Assembly: GCA_964057225.1 (NCBI GenBank)
Contig: OZ059900.1
Coordinates: 17,670,001-17,734,000, forward strand
Length of the DNA: 64,000 bases
Reading direction: 5' to 3'
Origin: Auanema rhodensis
Taxonomy: Eukaryota; Animalia; Nematoda
In this document: in pieces, positions 13,201-28,200 of the stretch
How the letters are laid out: each line of letters begins with the position of its first letter
Numbering within the stretch: the stretch's first letter is position 1
The notes under the pieces: model-generated
What the model was told of the DNA's origin: nothing
Databases searched by the model: none
The model's input: only the letters and a program-made list of their open reading frames with translations
Program-made: the position numbers and the translations under genes

Positions 13201-16200
13201 GGAAATTAGCATATTCTGAGGGCACGCCCCTTATGGCTAATATTGATTAAATCGATTTTTGTTCATATGAGTCGTCAAATGCAATTAATTTCAGCGTGTT
13301 ACATACTAAAATGAAGCATTTTACATGCTGAACACTAAAAAAATACAAAAACACAGTATTTCCCATGAGAAATATTTTATTATGCTGGAAAACGAGTTTT
13401 TGGAAATTTCGCTGTAAACAAGGTTTTGACTTACGATTTCATGTGTTCAAACTCATGCAATGTCAATGAAATCTAGCTCAAAATTGTTCCTACAACGTCT
13501 AGTTCCACTTTCACGACAAAAAAACAGGGGTTAGAAAATTAAGGAAATTAGCAGATTCTGAGGGCACGCCCTTTATGGCTTATATTGATTAAATCGATTT
13601 TTGTTCATATGAGTCGTCAAATGCAACGAATTTCAGCGTGTTACATACTAAAATGAAACATTTTACATGCTGAACACTATAAAAATACAAAAACACAGTA
13701 TTTCCCATGAGAAATATTTTATTATGCTGGAAAACCAGTTTTTGGAAATTTCGCTGTAAACAAGGTTTTGACTTACGATTTCATGTGTTCAAACTCATGC
13801 AATGTCAATGAAACCTAGCTCAAAATTGTTCCTACAACGTCTAGTTCCACTTTCACGACAAAAAAACAGGGGTTAGAAAATTAAGGAAATTAGCATATTC
13901 TGAGGGCACGCCCCTTATGGCTAATATTGATTAAATCGATTTTTGTTCATATGAGTCGTCAAATGCAATTAATTTCAGCGTGTTACATACTAAAATGAAG
14001 CATTTTACATGCTGAACACTAAAAAAATACAAAAACACAGTATTTCCCATGAGAAATATTTTATTATGCTGGAAAACGAGTTTTTGGAAATTTCGCTGTA
14101 AACAAGGTTTTGACTTACGATTTCATGTGTTCAAACTCATACAATGTCAATGAAATCTAGCTCAAAATTGTTCCTACAACGTCTAGTTCCACTTTCACGA
14201 CAAAAAAACAGGGGTTAGAAAATTGAGGAAATTAGCAGATTCTGAGGGCACGCCCTTTATGGCTAATATTGATTAAATCGATTTTTGTTCATATGAGTCG
14301 TCAAATGCAACGAATTTCAGCGTGTTACATACTAAAATGAAACATTTTACATGCTGAACACTATAAAAATACAAAAACACAGTATTTCCCATGAGAAATA
14401 TTTTATTATGCTGGAAAACGAGTTTTTGGAAATTTCGCTGTAAACAAGGTTTTGACTTACGATTTCATGTGTTCAAACTCATGCAATGTCAATGAAACCT
14501 AGCTCAAAATTGTTCGTACAACGTCTAGTTCCACTTTCACGACAAAAAAACAGGGGTTAGAAAATTAAGGAAATTAGCATATTCTGAGGGCACGCCCCTT
14601 ATGGCTAATATTGATTAAATCGATTTTTGTTCATATGAGTCGTCAAATGCAACGAATTTCAGCGTGTTACATACTAAAATGAAGCATTTCACATGCTGAA
14701 CACTAGAAAAATACAAAAACACAGTATTTCCCATGAGAAATATTTTATTATGCTGGAAAACCAGTTTTTGGAAATTTCGCTGTAAACAAGGTTTTGACTT
14801 ACGATTTCATGTGTTCAAACTCATGCAATGTCAATGAAACCTAGCTCAAAATTGTTCGTACAACGTCTAGTTCCACTTTCACGACAAAAAAACAGGGGTT
14901 AGAAAATTGAGGAAATTAGCATATTCTGAGGGCACGCCCCTTATGGCTAATATTGATTAAATCGATTTTTGTTCATATGAGTCGTCAAATGCAATTAATT
15001 TCAGCGTGTCACATACTAATATGAAGCATTTTACATGCTGAACACTAAAAAAATACAAAAACACAGTATTCCCCATGAGAAATATTTTATTATGCTGGAA
15101 AACGAGTTTTTGGAAATTTCGCTGTAAACAAGGTTTTGACTTACGATTTCATGTGTTCAAACTCATGCAATGTCAATGAAACCTAGCTCAAAATTGTTCC
15201 TACAACGTCTAGTTCCACTTTCACGACAAAAAAACAGGGGTTAGAAAATTAAGGAAATTAGCAGATTCTGAGGGCACGCCCTTTATGGCTTATATTGATT
15301 AAATCGATTTTTGTTCATATGAGTCGTCAAATGCAACGAATTTCAGCGTGTTACATACTAAAATGAAACATTTTACATGCTGAACACTATAAAAATACAA
15401 AAACACAGTATTTCCCATGAGAAATATTTTATTATGCTGGAAAACCAGTTTTTGGAAATTTCGCTGTAAACAAGGTTTTGACTTACGATTTCATGTGTTC
15501 AAACTCATGCAATGTCAATGAAACCTAGCTCAAAATTGTTCGTACAACGTCTAGTTCCACTTTCACGACAAAAAAACAGGGGTTAGAAAATTAAGGAAAT
15601 TAGCATATTCTGAGGGCACGCCCCTTATGGCTAATATTGATTAAATCGATTTTTGTTCATATGAGTCGTCAAATGCAACGAATTTCAGCGTGTTACATAC
15701 TAAAATGAAGCATTTCACATGCTGAACACTAGAAAAATACAAAAACACAGTATTTCCCATGAGAAATATTTTATTATGCTGGAAAACGAGTTTTTGGAAA
15801 TTTCGCTGTAAACAAGGTTTTGACTTACGATTTCATGTGTTCAAACTCATGCAATGTCAATGAAATCTAGCTCAAAATTGTTCCTACAACGTCTAGTTCC
15901 ACTTTCACGACAAAAAAAACAGGGGTTAGAAAATTGAGGAAATTAGCAGATTCTGAGGGCACGCCCTTTATGGCTTATATTGATTAAATCGATTTTTGTT
16001 CATATGAGTCGTCAAATGCAACGAATTTCAGCGTGTTACATACTAAAATGAAACATTTTACATGCTGAACACTATAAAAATACAAAAACACAGTATTTCC
16101 CATGAGAAATATTCTATTATGCTGGAAAACCAGTTTTTGGAAATTTCGCTGTAAACAAGGTTTTGACTTACGATTTCATGTGTTCAAACTCATGCAATGT

Positions 16201-19200
16201 CAATGAAACCTAGCTCAAAATTGTTCCTACAACGTCTAGTTCCACTTTCACGACAAAAAAACAGGGGTTAGAAAATTAAGGAAATTAGCATATTCTGAGG
16301 GCACGCCCCTTATGGCTAATATTGATTAAATCGATTTTTGTTCATATGAGTCGTCAAATGCAACGAATTTCAGCGTGTTACATACTAAAATGAAGCATTT
16401 CACATGCTGAACACTAGAAAAATACAAAAACACAGTATTTCTCATGAGAAATATTTTATTATGCTGGAAAACGAGTTTTTGGAAATTTCGCTGTAAACAA
16501 GGTTTTGACTTACGATTTCATGTGTTCAAACTCATGCAATGTCAATGAAATCTAGCTCAAAATTGTTCCTACAACGTCTAGTTCCACTTTCACGACAAAA
16601 AAACAGGGGTTAGAAAATTAAGGAAATTAGCAGATTCTGAGGGCACGCCCTTTATGGCTTATATTGATTAAATCGATTTTTGTTCATATGAGTCGTCAAA
16701 TGCAACGAATTTCAGCGTGTTACATACTAAAATGAAACATTTTACATGCTGAACACTATAAAAATACAAAAACACAGTATTTCCCATGAGAAATATTTTA
16801 TTATGCTGGAAAACGAGTTTTTGGAAATTTCGCTGTAAACAAGGTTTTGACTTACGATTTCATGTGTTCAAACTCATGCAATGTCAATGAAATCTAGCTC
16901 AAAATTGTTCCTACAACGTCTAGTTCCACTTTCACGACAAAAAAACAGGGGTTAGAAAATTGAGGAAATTAGCAGATTCTGAGGGCACGCCCTTTATGGC
17001 TTATATTGATTAAATCGATTTTTGTTCATATGAGTCGTCAAATGCAACGAATTTCAGCGTGTTACATACTAAAATGAAACATTTTACATGCTGAACACTA
17101 TAAAAATACAAAAACACAGTATTTCCCATGAGAAATATTTTATTATGCTGGAAAACCAGTTTTTGGAAATTTCGCTGTAAACAAGGTTTTGACTTACGAT
17201 TTCATGTGTTCAAACTCATGCAATGTCAATGAAACCTAGCTCAAAATTGTTCCTACAACGTCTAGTTCCACTTTCACGACAAAAAAACAGGGGTTAGAAA
17301 ATTAAGGAAATTAGCATATTCTGAGGGCACGCCCCTTATGGCTAATATTGATTAAATCGATTTTTGTTCATATGAGTCGTCAAATGCAACGAATTTCAGC
17401 GTGTTACATACTAAAATGAAGCATTTCACATGCTGAACACTAGAAAAATACAAAAACACAGTATTTCTCATGAGAAATATTTTATTATGCTGGAAAACGA
17501 GTTTTTGGAAATTTCGCTGTAAACAAGGTTTTGACTTACGATTTCATGTGTTCAAACTCATGCAATGTCAATGAAATCTAGCTCAAAATTGTTCCTACAA
17601 CGTCTAGTTCCACTTTCACGACAAAAAAACAGGGGTTAGAAAATTAAGGAAATTAGCAGATTCTGAGGGCACGCCCTTTATGGCTTATATTGATTAAATC
17701 GATTTTTGTTCATATGAGTCGTCAAATGCAACGAATTTCAGCGTGTTACATACTAAAATGAAACATTTTACATGCTGAACACTAAAAAAATACAAAAACA
17801 CAGTATTTCCCATGAGAAATATTTTATTATGCTGGAAAACCAGTTTTTGGAAATTTCGCTGTAAACAAGGTTTTGACTTACGATTTCATGTGTTCAAACT
17901 CATGCAATGTCCATGAAACCTAGCTCAAAATTGTTCGTACAACGTCTAGTTCCACTTTCACGACAAAAAAACAGGGGTTAGAAAATTAAGGAAATTAGCA
18001 TATTCTGAGGGCACGCCCCTTATGGCTAATATTGATTAAATCGATTTTTGTTCATATGAGTCGTCAAATGCAACGAATTTCAGCGTGTTACATACTAAAA
18101 TGAAGCATTTTACATGCTGAACACTAAAAAAATACAAAAACACAGTATTTCCCATGAGAAATATTTTATTATGCTGGAAAACGAGTTTTTGGAAATTTCG
18201 CTGTAAACAAGGTTTTGACTTACGATTTCATGTGTTCAAACTCATGCAATGTCAATGAAATCTAGCTCAAAATTGTTCCTACAACGTCTAGTTCCACTTT
18301 CACGACAAAAAAACAGGGGTTAGAAAATTAAGGAAATTAGCAGATTCTGAGGGCACGCCCTTTATGGCTTATATTGATTAAATCGATTTTTGTTCATATG
18401 AGTCGTCAAATGCAACGAATTTCAGCGTGTTACATACTAAAATGAAACATTTTACATGCTGAACACTATAAAAATACAAAAACACAGTATTTCCCATGAG
18501 AAATATTTTATTATGCTGGAAAACCAGTTTTTGGAAATTTCGCTGTAAACAAGGTTTTGACTTACGATTTCATGTGTTCAAACTCATGCAATGTCAATGA
18601 AACCTAGCTCAAAATTGTTCCTACAACGTCTAGTTCCACTTTCACGACAACAAAACAGGGGTTAGAAAATTAAGGAAATTAGCATATTCTGAGGGCACGC
18701 CCCTTATGGCTAATATTGATTAAATCGATTTTTGTTCATATGAGTCGTCAAATGCAACGAATTTCAGCGTGTTACATACTAAAATGAAGCATTTCACATG
18801 CTGAACACTAGAAAAATACAAAAACACAGTATTTCCCATGAGAAATATTTTATTATGCTGGAAAACCAGTTTTTGGAAATTTCGCTGTAAACAAGGTTTT
18901 GACTTACGATTTCATGTGTTCAAACTCATGCAATGTCAATGAAACCTAGCTCAAAATTGTTCGTACAACGTCTAGTTCCACTTTCACGACAAAAAAACAG
19001 GGGTTAGAAAATTAAGGAAATTAGCATATTCTGAGGGCACGCCCCTTATGGCTAATATTGATTAAATCGATTTTTGTTCATATGAGTCGTCAAATGCAAC
19101 GAATTTCAGCGTGTTACATACTAAAATGAAGCATTTTACATGCTGAACACTAGAAAAATACAAAAACACAGTATTTCTCATGAGAAATATTTTATTATGC

Positions 19201-22200
19201 TGGAAAACCAGTTTTTGGAAATTTCGCTGTAAACAAGGTTTTGACTTACGATTTCATGTGTTCAAACTCATGCAATGTCAATAAAACCTAGCTCAAAATT
19301 GTTCGTACAACGTCTAGTTCCACTTTCACGACAAAAAAACAGGGGTTAGAAAATTAAGGAAATTAGCATATTCTGAGGGCACGCCCCTTATGGCTAATAT
19401 TGATTAAATCGATTTTTGTTCATATGAGTCGTCAAATGCAACGAATTTCAGCGTGTTACATACTAAAATGAAGCATTTTACATGCTGAACACTATAAAAA
19501 TACAAAAACACAGTATTTCCCATGAGAAATATTTTATTATGCTGGAAAACCAGTTTTTGGAAATTTCGCTGTAAACAAGGTTTTGACTTACGATTTCATG
19601 TGTTCAAACTCATGCAATGTCAATGAAACCTAGCTCAAAATTGTTCGTACAACGTCTAGTTCCACTTTCACGACAAAAAAACAGGGGTTAGAAAATTAAG
19701 GAAATTAGCATATTCTGAGGGCACGCCCCTTATGGCTAATATTGATTAAATCGATTTTTGTTCATATGAGTCGTCAAATGCAACGAATTTCAGCGTGTTA
19801 CATACTAAAATGAAGCATTTCACATGCTGAACACTAGAAAAATACAAAAACACAGTATTTCCCATGAGAAATATTTTATTATGCTGGAAAACCAGTTTTT
19901 GGAAATTTCGCTGTAAACAAGGTTTTGACTTACGATTTCATGTGTTCAAACTCATGCAATGTCAATGAAACCTAGCTCAAAATTGTTCGTACAACGTCTA
20001 GTTCCACTTTCACGACAAAAAAACAGGGGTTAGAAAATTAAGGAAATTAGCATATTCTGAGGGCACGCCCCTTATGGCTAATATTGATTAAATCGATTTT
20101 TGTTCATATGAGTCGTCAAATGCAACGAATTTCAGCGTGTTACATACTAAAATGAAACATTTTACATGCTGAACACTATAAAAATACAAAAACACAGTAT
20201 TTCCCATGAGAAATATTTTATTATGCTGGAAAACGAGTTTTTGGAAATTTCGCTGTAAACAAGGTTTTGACTTACGATTTCATGTGTTCAAACTCATGCA
20301 ATGTCAATGAAACCTAGCTCAAAATTGTTCCTACAACGTCTAGTTCCACTTTCACGACAAAAAAACAGGGGTTAGAAAATTAAGGAAATTAGCATATTCT
20401 GAGGGCACGCCCCTTATGGCTAATATTGATTAAATCGATTTTTGTTCATATGAGTCGTCAAATGAAACGAATTTCAGCGTGTTACATACTAAAATGAAGC
20501 ATTTTACATGCTGAACACTAGAAAAATACAAAAACACAGTATTTCCCATGAGAAATATTTTATTATGCTGGAAAACCAGTTTTTGGAAATTTCGCTGTAA
20601 ACAAGGTTTTGACTTACGATTTCATGTGTTCAAACTCATGCAATGTCAATGAAACCTAGCTCAAAATTGTTCCTACAACGTCTAGTTCCACTTTCACGAC
20701 AACAAAACAGGGGTTAGAAAATTAAGGAAATTAGCATATTCTGAGGGCACGCCCCTTATGGCTAATATTGATTAAATCGATTTTTGTTCATATGAGTCGT
20801 CAAATGCAACGAATTTCAGCGTGTTACATACTAAAATGAAGCATTTCACATGCTGAACACTAGAAAAATACAAAAACACAGTATTTCCCATGAGAAATAT
20901 TTTATTATGCTGGAAAACCAGTTTTTGGAAATTTCGCTGTAAACAAGGTTTTGACTTACGATTTCATGTGTTCAAACTCATGCAATGTCAATGAAATCTA
21001 GCTCAAAATTGTTCCTACAACGTCTAGTTCCACTTTCACGACAAAAAAACAGGGGTTAGAAAATTAAGGAAATTAGCAGATTCTGAGGGCACGCCCTTTA
21101 TGGCTTATATTGATTAAATCGATTTTTGTTCATATGAGTCGTCAAATGCAACGAATTTCAGCGTGTTACATACTAAAATGAAACATTTTACATGCTGAAC
21201 ACTATAAAAATACAAAAACACAGTATTTCCCATGAGAAATATTTTATTATGCTGGAAAACCAGTTTTTGGAAATTTCGCTGTAAACAAGGTTTTGACTTA
21301 CGATTTCATGTGTTCAAACTCATGCAATGTCAATGAAACCTAGCTCAAAATTGTTCCTACAACGTCTAGTTCCACTTTCACGACAACAAAACAGGGGTTA
21401 GAAAATTAAGGAAATTAGCATATTCTGAGGGCACGCCCCTTATGGCTAATATTGATTAAATCGATTTTTGTTCATATGAGTCGTCAAATGCAACGAATTT
21501 CAGCGTGTTACATACTAAAATGAAGCATTTCACATGCTGAACACTAGAAAAATACAAAAACACAGTATTTCCCATGAGAAATATTTTATTATGCTGGAAA
21601 ACCAGTTTTTGGAAATTTCGCTGTAAACAAGGTTTTGACTTACGATTTCATGTGTTCAAACTCATGCAATGTCAATGAAACCTAGCTCAAAATTGTTCGT
21701 ACAACGTCTAGTTCCACTTTCACGACAAAAAAACAGGGGTTAGAAAATTGAGGAAATTAGCATAATCTGAGGGCACGCCCCTTATGGCTAATATTGATTA
21801 AATCGATTTTTGTTCATATGAGTCGTCAAATGCAATTAATTTCAGCGTGTCACATACTAAAATGAAGCATTTTACATGCTGAACACTAAAAAAATACAAA
21901 AACACAGTATTTCCCATGAGAAATATTTTATTATGCTGGAAAACGAGTTTTTGGAAATTTCGCTGTAAACAAGGTTTTGACTTACGATTTCATGTGTTCA
22001 AACTCATGCAATGTCAATGAAATCTAGCTCAAAATTGTTCCTACAACGTCTAGTTCCACTTTCACGACAAAAAAACAGGGGTTAGAAAATTAAGGAAATT
22101 AGCAGATTCTGAGGGCACGCCCTTTATGGCTTATATTGATTAAATCGATTTTTGTTCATATGAGTCGTCAAATGCAACGAATTTCAGCGTGTTACATACT

Positions 22201-25200
22201 AAAATGAAACATTTTACATGCTGAACACTATAAAAATACAAAAACACAGTATTTCCCATGAGAAATATTTTATTATGCTGGAAAACCAGTTTTTGGAAAT
22301 TTCGCTGTAAACAAGGTTTTGACTTACGATTTCATGTGTTCAAACTCATGCAATGTCAATGAAACCTAGCTCAAAATTGTTCCTACAACGTCTAGTTCCA
22401 CTTTCACGACAACAAAACAGGGGTTAGAAAATTAAGGAAATTAGCATAATCTGAGGGCACGCCCCTTATGGCTAATATTGATTAAATCGATTTTTGTTCA
22501 TATGAGTCGTCAAATGCAATTAATTTCAGCGTGTCACATACTAAAATGAAGCATTTTACATGCTGAACACTAAAAAAATACAAAAACACAGTATTTCCCA
22601 TGAGAAATATTTTATTATGCTGGAAAACGAGTTTTTGGAAATTTCGCTGTAAACAAGGTTTTGACTTACGATTTCATGTGTTCAAACTCATGCAATGTCA
22701 ATGAAATCTAGCTCGAAATTGTTCCTACAACGTCTAGTTCCACTTTCACGACAAAAAAACAGGGGTTAGAAAATTAAGGAAATTAGCAGATTCTGAGGGC
22801 ACGCCCTTTATGGCTTATATTGATTAAATCGATTTTTGTTCATATGAGTCGTCAAATGCAACGAATTTCAGCGTGTTACATACTAAAATGAAACATTTTA
22901 CATGCTGAACACTATAAAAATACAAAAACACAGTATTTCCCATGAGAAATATTTTATTATGCTGGAAAACCAGTTTTTGGAAATTTCGCTGTAAACAAGG
23001 TTTTGACTTACGATTTCATGTGTTCAAACTCATGCAATGTCAATGAAACCTAGCTCAAAATTGTTCGTACAACGTCTAGTTCCACTTTCACGACAAAAAA
23101 ACAGGGGTTAGAAAATTAAGGAAATTAGCATATTCTGAGGGCACGCCCCTTATGGCTAATATTGATTAAATCGATTTTTGTTCATATGAGTCGTCAAATG
23201 CAACGAATTTCAGCGTGTTACATACTAAAATGAAGCATTTTACATGCTGAACACTAAAAAAATACAAAAACACAGTATTTCCCATGAGAAATATTTTATT
23301 ATGCTGGAAAACGAGTTTTTGGAAATTTCGCTGTAAACAAGGTTTTGACTTACGATTTCATGTGTTCAAACTCATGCAATGTCAATGAAACCTAGCTCAA
23401 AATTGTTCCTACAACGTCTAGTTCCACTTTCACGACAAAAAAACAGGGGTTAGAAAATTAAGGAAATTAGCATATTCTGAGGGCACGCCCCTTATGGCTA
23501 ATATTGATTAAATCGATTTTTGTTCATATGAGTCGTCAAATGCAACGAATTTCAGCGTGTTACATACTAAAATGAAGCATTTTACATGCTGAACACTAAA
23601 AAAATACAAAAACACAGTATTTCCCATGAGAAATATTTTATTATGCTGGAAAACGAGTTTTTGGAAATTTCGCTGTAAACAAGGTTTTGACTTACGATTT
23701 CATGTGTTCAAACTCATGCAATGTCAATGAAATCTAGCTCAAAATTGTTCCTACAACGTCTAGTTCCACTTTCACGACAAAAAAACAGGGGTTAGAAAAT
23801 TAAGGAAATTAGCAGATTCTGAGGGCACGCCCTTTATGGCTTATATTGATTAAATCGATTTTTGTTCATATGAGTCGTCAAATGCAACGAATTTCAGCGT
23901 GTTACATACTAAAATGAAACATTTTACATGCTGAACACTATAAAAATACAAAAACACAGTATTTCCCATGAGAAATATTTTATTATGCTGGAAAACCAGT
24001 TTTTGGAAATTTCGCTGTAAACAAGGTTTTGACTTACGATATCATGTGTTCAAACTCATGCAATGTCAATGAAACCTAGCTCAAAATTGTTCCTACAACG
24101 TCTAGTTCCACTTTCACGACAAAAAAACAGGGGTTAGAAAATTAAGGAAATTAGCATATTCTGAGGGCACGCCCCTTATGGCTAATATTGATTAAATCGA
24201 TTTTTGTTCATATGAGTCGTCAAATGCAATTAATTTCAGCGTGTTACATACTAAAATGAAGCATTTTACATGCTGAACACTAAAAAAATACAAAAACACA
24301 GTATTTCCCATGAGAAATATTTTATTATGCTGGAAAACGAGTTTTTGGAAATTTCGCTGTAAACAAGGTTTTGACTTACGATTTCATGTGTTCAAACTCA
24401 TGCAATGTCAATGAAATCTAGCTCAAAATTGTTCCTACAACGTCTAGTTCCACTTTCACGACAAAAAAACAGGGGTTAGAAAATTAAGGAAATTAGCAGA
24501 TTCTGAGGGCACGCCCTTTATGGCTTATATTGATTAAATCGATTTTTGTTCATATGAGTCGTCAAATGCAACGAATTTCAGCGTGTTACATACTAAAATG
24601 AAACATTTTACATGCTGAACACTATAAAAATACAAAAACACAGTATTTCCCATGAGAAATATTTTATTATGCTGGAAAACCAGTTTTTGGAAATTTCGCT
24701 GTAAACAAGGTTTTGACTTACGATTTCATGTGTTCAAACTCATGCAATGTCAATGAAACCTAGCTCAAAATTGTTCCTACAACGTCTAGTTCCACTTTCA
24801 CGACAAAAAAACAGGGGTTAGAAAATTAAGGAAATTAGCATATTCTGAGGGCACGCCCCTTATGGCTAATATTGATTAAATCGATTTTTGTTCATATGAG
24901 TCGTCAAATGCAATTAATTTCAGCGTGTTACATACTAAAATGAAGCATTTTACATGCTGAACACTAAAAAAATACAAAAACACAGTATTTCCCATGAGAA
25001 ATATTTTATTATGCTGGAAAACGAGTTTTTGGAAATTTCGCTGTAAACAAGGTTTTGACTTACGATTTCATGTGTTCAAACTCATGCAATGTCAATGAAA
25101 TCTAGCTCAAAATTGTTCCTACAACGTCTAGTTCCACTTTCACGACAAAAAAACAGGGGTTAGAAAATTGAGGAAATTAGCAGATTCTGAGGGCACGCCC

Positions 25201-28200
25201 TTTATGGCTAATATTGATTAAATCGATTTTTGTTCATATGAGTCGTCAAATGCAACGAATTTCAGCGTGTTACATACTAAAATGAAACATTTTACATGCT
25301 GAACACTATAAAAATACAAAAACACAGTATTTCCCATGAGAAATATTTTATTATGCTGGAAAACGAGTTTTTGGAAATTTCGCTGTAAACAAGGTTTTGA
25401 CTTACGATTTCATGTGTTCAAACTCATGCAATGTCAATGAAACCTAGCTCAAAATTGTTCGTACAACGTCTAGTTCCACTTTCACGACAAAAAAACAGGG
25501 GTTAGAAAATTAAGGAAATTAGCATATTCTGAGGGCACGCCCCTTATGGCTAATATTGATTAAATCGATTTTTGTTCATATGAGTCGTCAAATGCAACGA
25601 ATTTCAGCGTGTTACATACTAAAATGAAGCATTTCACATGCTGAACACTAGAAAAATACAAAAACACAGTATTTCCCATGAGAAATATTTTATTATGCTG
25701 GAAAACCAGTTTTTGGAAATTTCGCTGTAAACAAGGTTTTGACTTACGATTTCATGTGTTCAAACTCATGCAATGTCAATGAAACCTAGCTCAAAATTGT
25801 TCGTACAACGTCTAGTTCCACTTTCACGACAAAAAAACAGGGGTTAGAAAATTGAGGAAATTAGCATATTCTGAGGGCACGCCCCTTATGGCTAATATTG
25901 ATTAAATCGATTTTTGTTCATATGAGTCGTCAAATGCAATTAATTTCAGCGTGTCACATACTAATATGAAGCATTTTACATGCTGAACACTAAAAAAATA
26001 CAAAAACACAGTATTCCCCATGAGAAATATTTTATTATGCTGGAAAACGAGTTTTTGGAAATTTCGCTGTAAACAAGGTTTTGACTTACGATTTCATGTG
26101 TTCAAACTCATGCAATGTCAATGAAACCTAGCTCAAAATTGTTCCTACAACGTCTAGTTCCACTTTCACGACAAAAAAACAGGGGTTAGAAAATTAAGGA
26201 AATTAGCAGATTCTGAGGGCACGCCCTTTATGGCTTATATTGATTAAATCGATTTTTGTTCATATGAGTCGTCAAATGCAACGAATTTCAGCGTGTTACA
26301 TACTAAAATGAAACATTTTACATGCTGAACACTATAAAAATACAAAAACACAGTATTTCCCATGAGAAATATTTTATTATGCTGGAAAACCAGTTTTTGG
26401 AAATTTCGCTGTAAACAAGGTTTTGACTTACGATTTCATGTGTTCAAACTCATGCAATGTCAATGAAACCTAGCTCAAAATTGTTCGTACAACGTCTAGT
26501 TCCACTTTCACGACAAAAAAACAGGGGTTAGAAAATTAAGGAAATTAGCATATTCTGAGGGCACGCCCCTTATGGCTAATATTGATTAAATCGATTTTTG
26601 TTCATATGAGTCGTCAAATGCAACGAATTTCAGCGTGTTACATACTAAAATGAAGCATTTCACATGCTGAACACTAGAAAAATACAAAAACACAGTATTT
26701 CCCATGAGAAATATTTTATTATGCTGGAAAACGAGTTTTTGGAAATTTCGCTGTAAACAAGGTTTTGACTTACGATTTCATGTGTTCAAACTCATGCAAT
26801 GTCAATGAAATCTAGCTCAAAATTGTTCCTACAACGTCTAGTTCCACTTTCACGACAAAAAAAACAGGGGTTAGAAAATTGAGGAAATTAGCAGATTCTG
26901 AGGGCACGCCCTTTATGGCTTATATTGATTAAATCGATTTTTGTTCATATGAGTCGTCAAATGCAACGAATTTCAGCGTGTTACATACTAAAATGAAACA
27001 TTTTACATGCTGAACACTATAAAAATACAAAAACACAGTATTTCCCATGAGAAATATTCTATTATGCTGGAAAACCAGTTTTTGGAAATTTCGCTGTAAA
27101 CAAGGTTTTGACTTACGATTTCATGTGTTCAAACTCATGCAATGTCAATGAAACCTAGCTCAAAATTGTTCCTACAACGTCTAGTTCCACTTTCACGACA
27201 AAAAAACAGGGGTTAGAAAATTAAGGAAATTAGCATATTCTGAGGGCACGCCCCTTATGGCTAATATTGATTAAATCGATTTTTGTTCATATGAGTCGTC
27301 AAATGCAACGAATTTCAGCGTGTTACATACTAAAATGAAGCATTTCACATGCTGAACACTAGAAAAATACAAAAACACAGTATTTCTCATGAGAAATATT
27401 TTATTATGCTGGAAAACGAGTTTTTGGAAATTTCGCTGTAAACAAGGTTTTGACTTACGATTTCATGTGTTCAAACTCATGCAATGTCAATGAAATCTAG
27501 CTCAAAATTGTTCCTACAACGTCTAGTTCCACTTTCACGACAAAAAAACAGGGGTTAGAAAATTAAGGAAATTAGCAGATTCTGAGGGCACGCCCTTTAT
27601 GGCTTATATTGATTAAATCGATTTTTGTTCATATGAGTCGTCAAATGCAACGAATTTCAGCGTGTTACATACTAAAATGAAACATTTTACATGCTGAACA
27701 CTATAAAAATACAAAAACACAGTATTTCCCATGAGAAATATTTTATTATGCTGGAAAACGAGTTTTTGGAAATTTCGCTGTAAACAAGGTTTTGACTTAC
27801 GATTTCATGTGTTCAAACTCATGCAATGTCAATGAAATCTAGCTCAAAATTGTTCCTACAACGTCTAGTTCCACTTTCACGACAAAAAAACAGGGGTTAG
27901 AAAATTGAGGAAATTAGCAGATTCTGAGGGCACGCCCTTTATGGCTTATATTGATTAAATCGATTTTTGTTCATATGAGTCGTCAAATGCAACGAATTTC
28001 AGCGTGTTACATACTAAAATGAAACATTTTACATGCTGAACACTATAAAAATACAAAAACACAGTATTTCCCATGAGAAATATTTTATTATGCTGGAAAA
28101 CCAGTTTTTGGAAATTTCGCTGTAAACAAGGTTTTGACTTACGATTTCATGTGTTCAAACTCATGCAATGTCAATGAAACCTAGCTCAAAATTGTTCCTA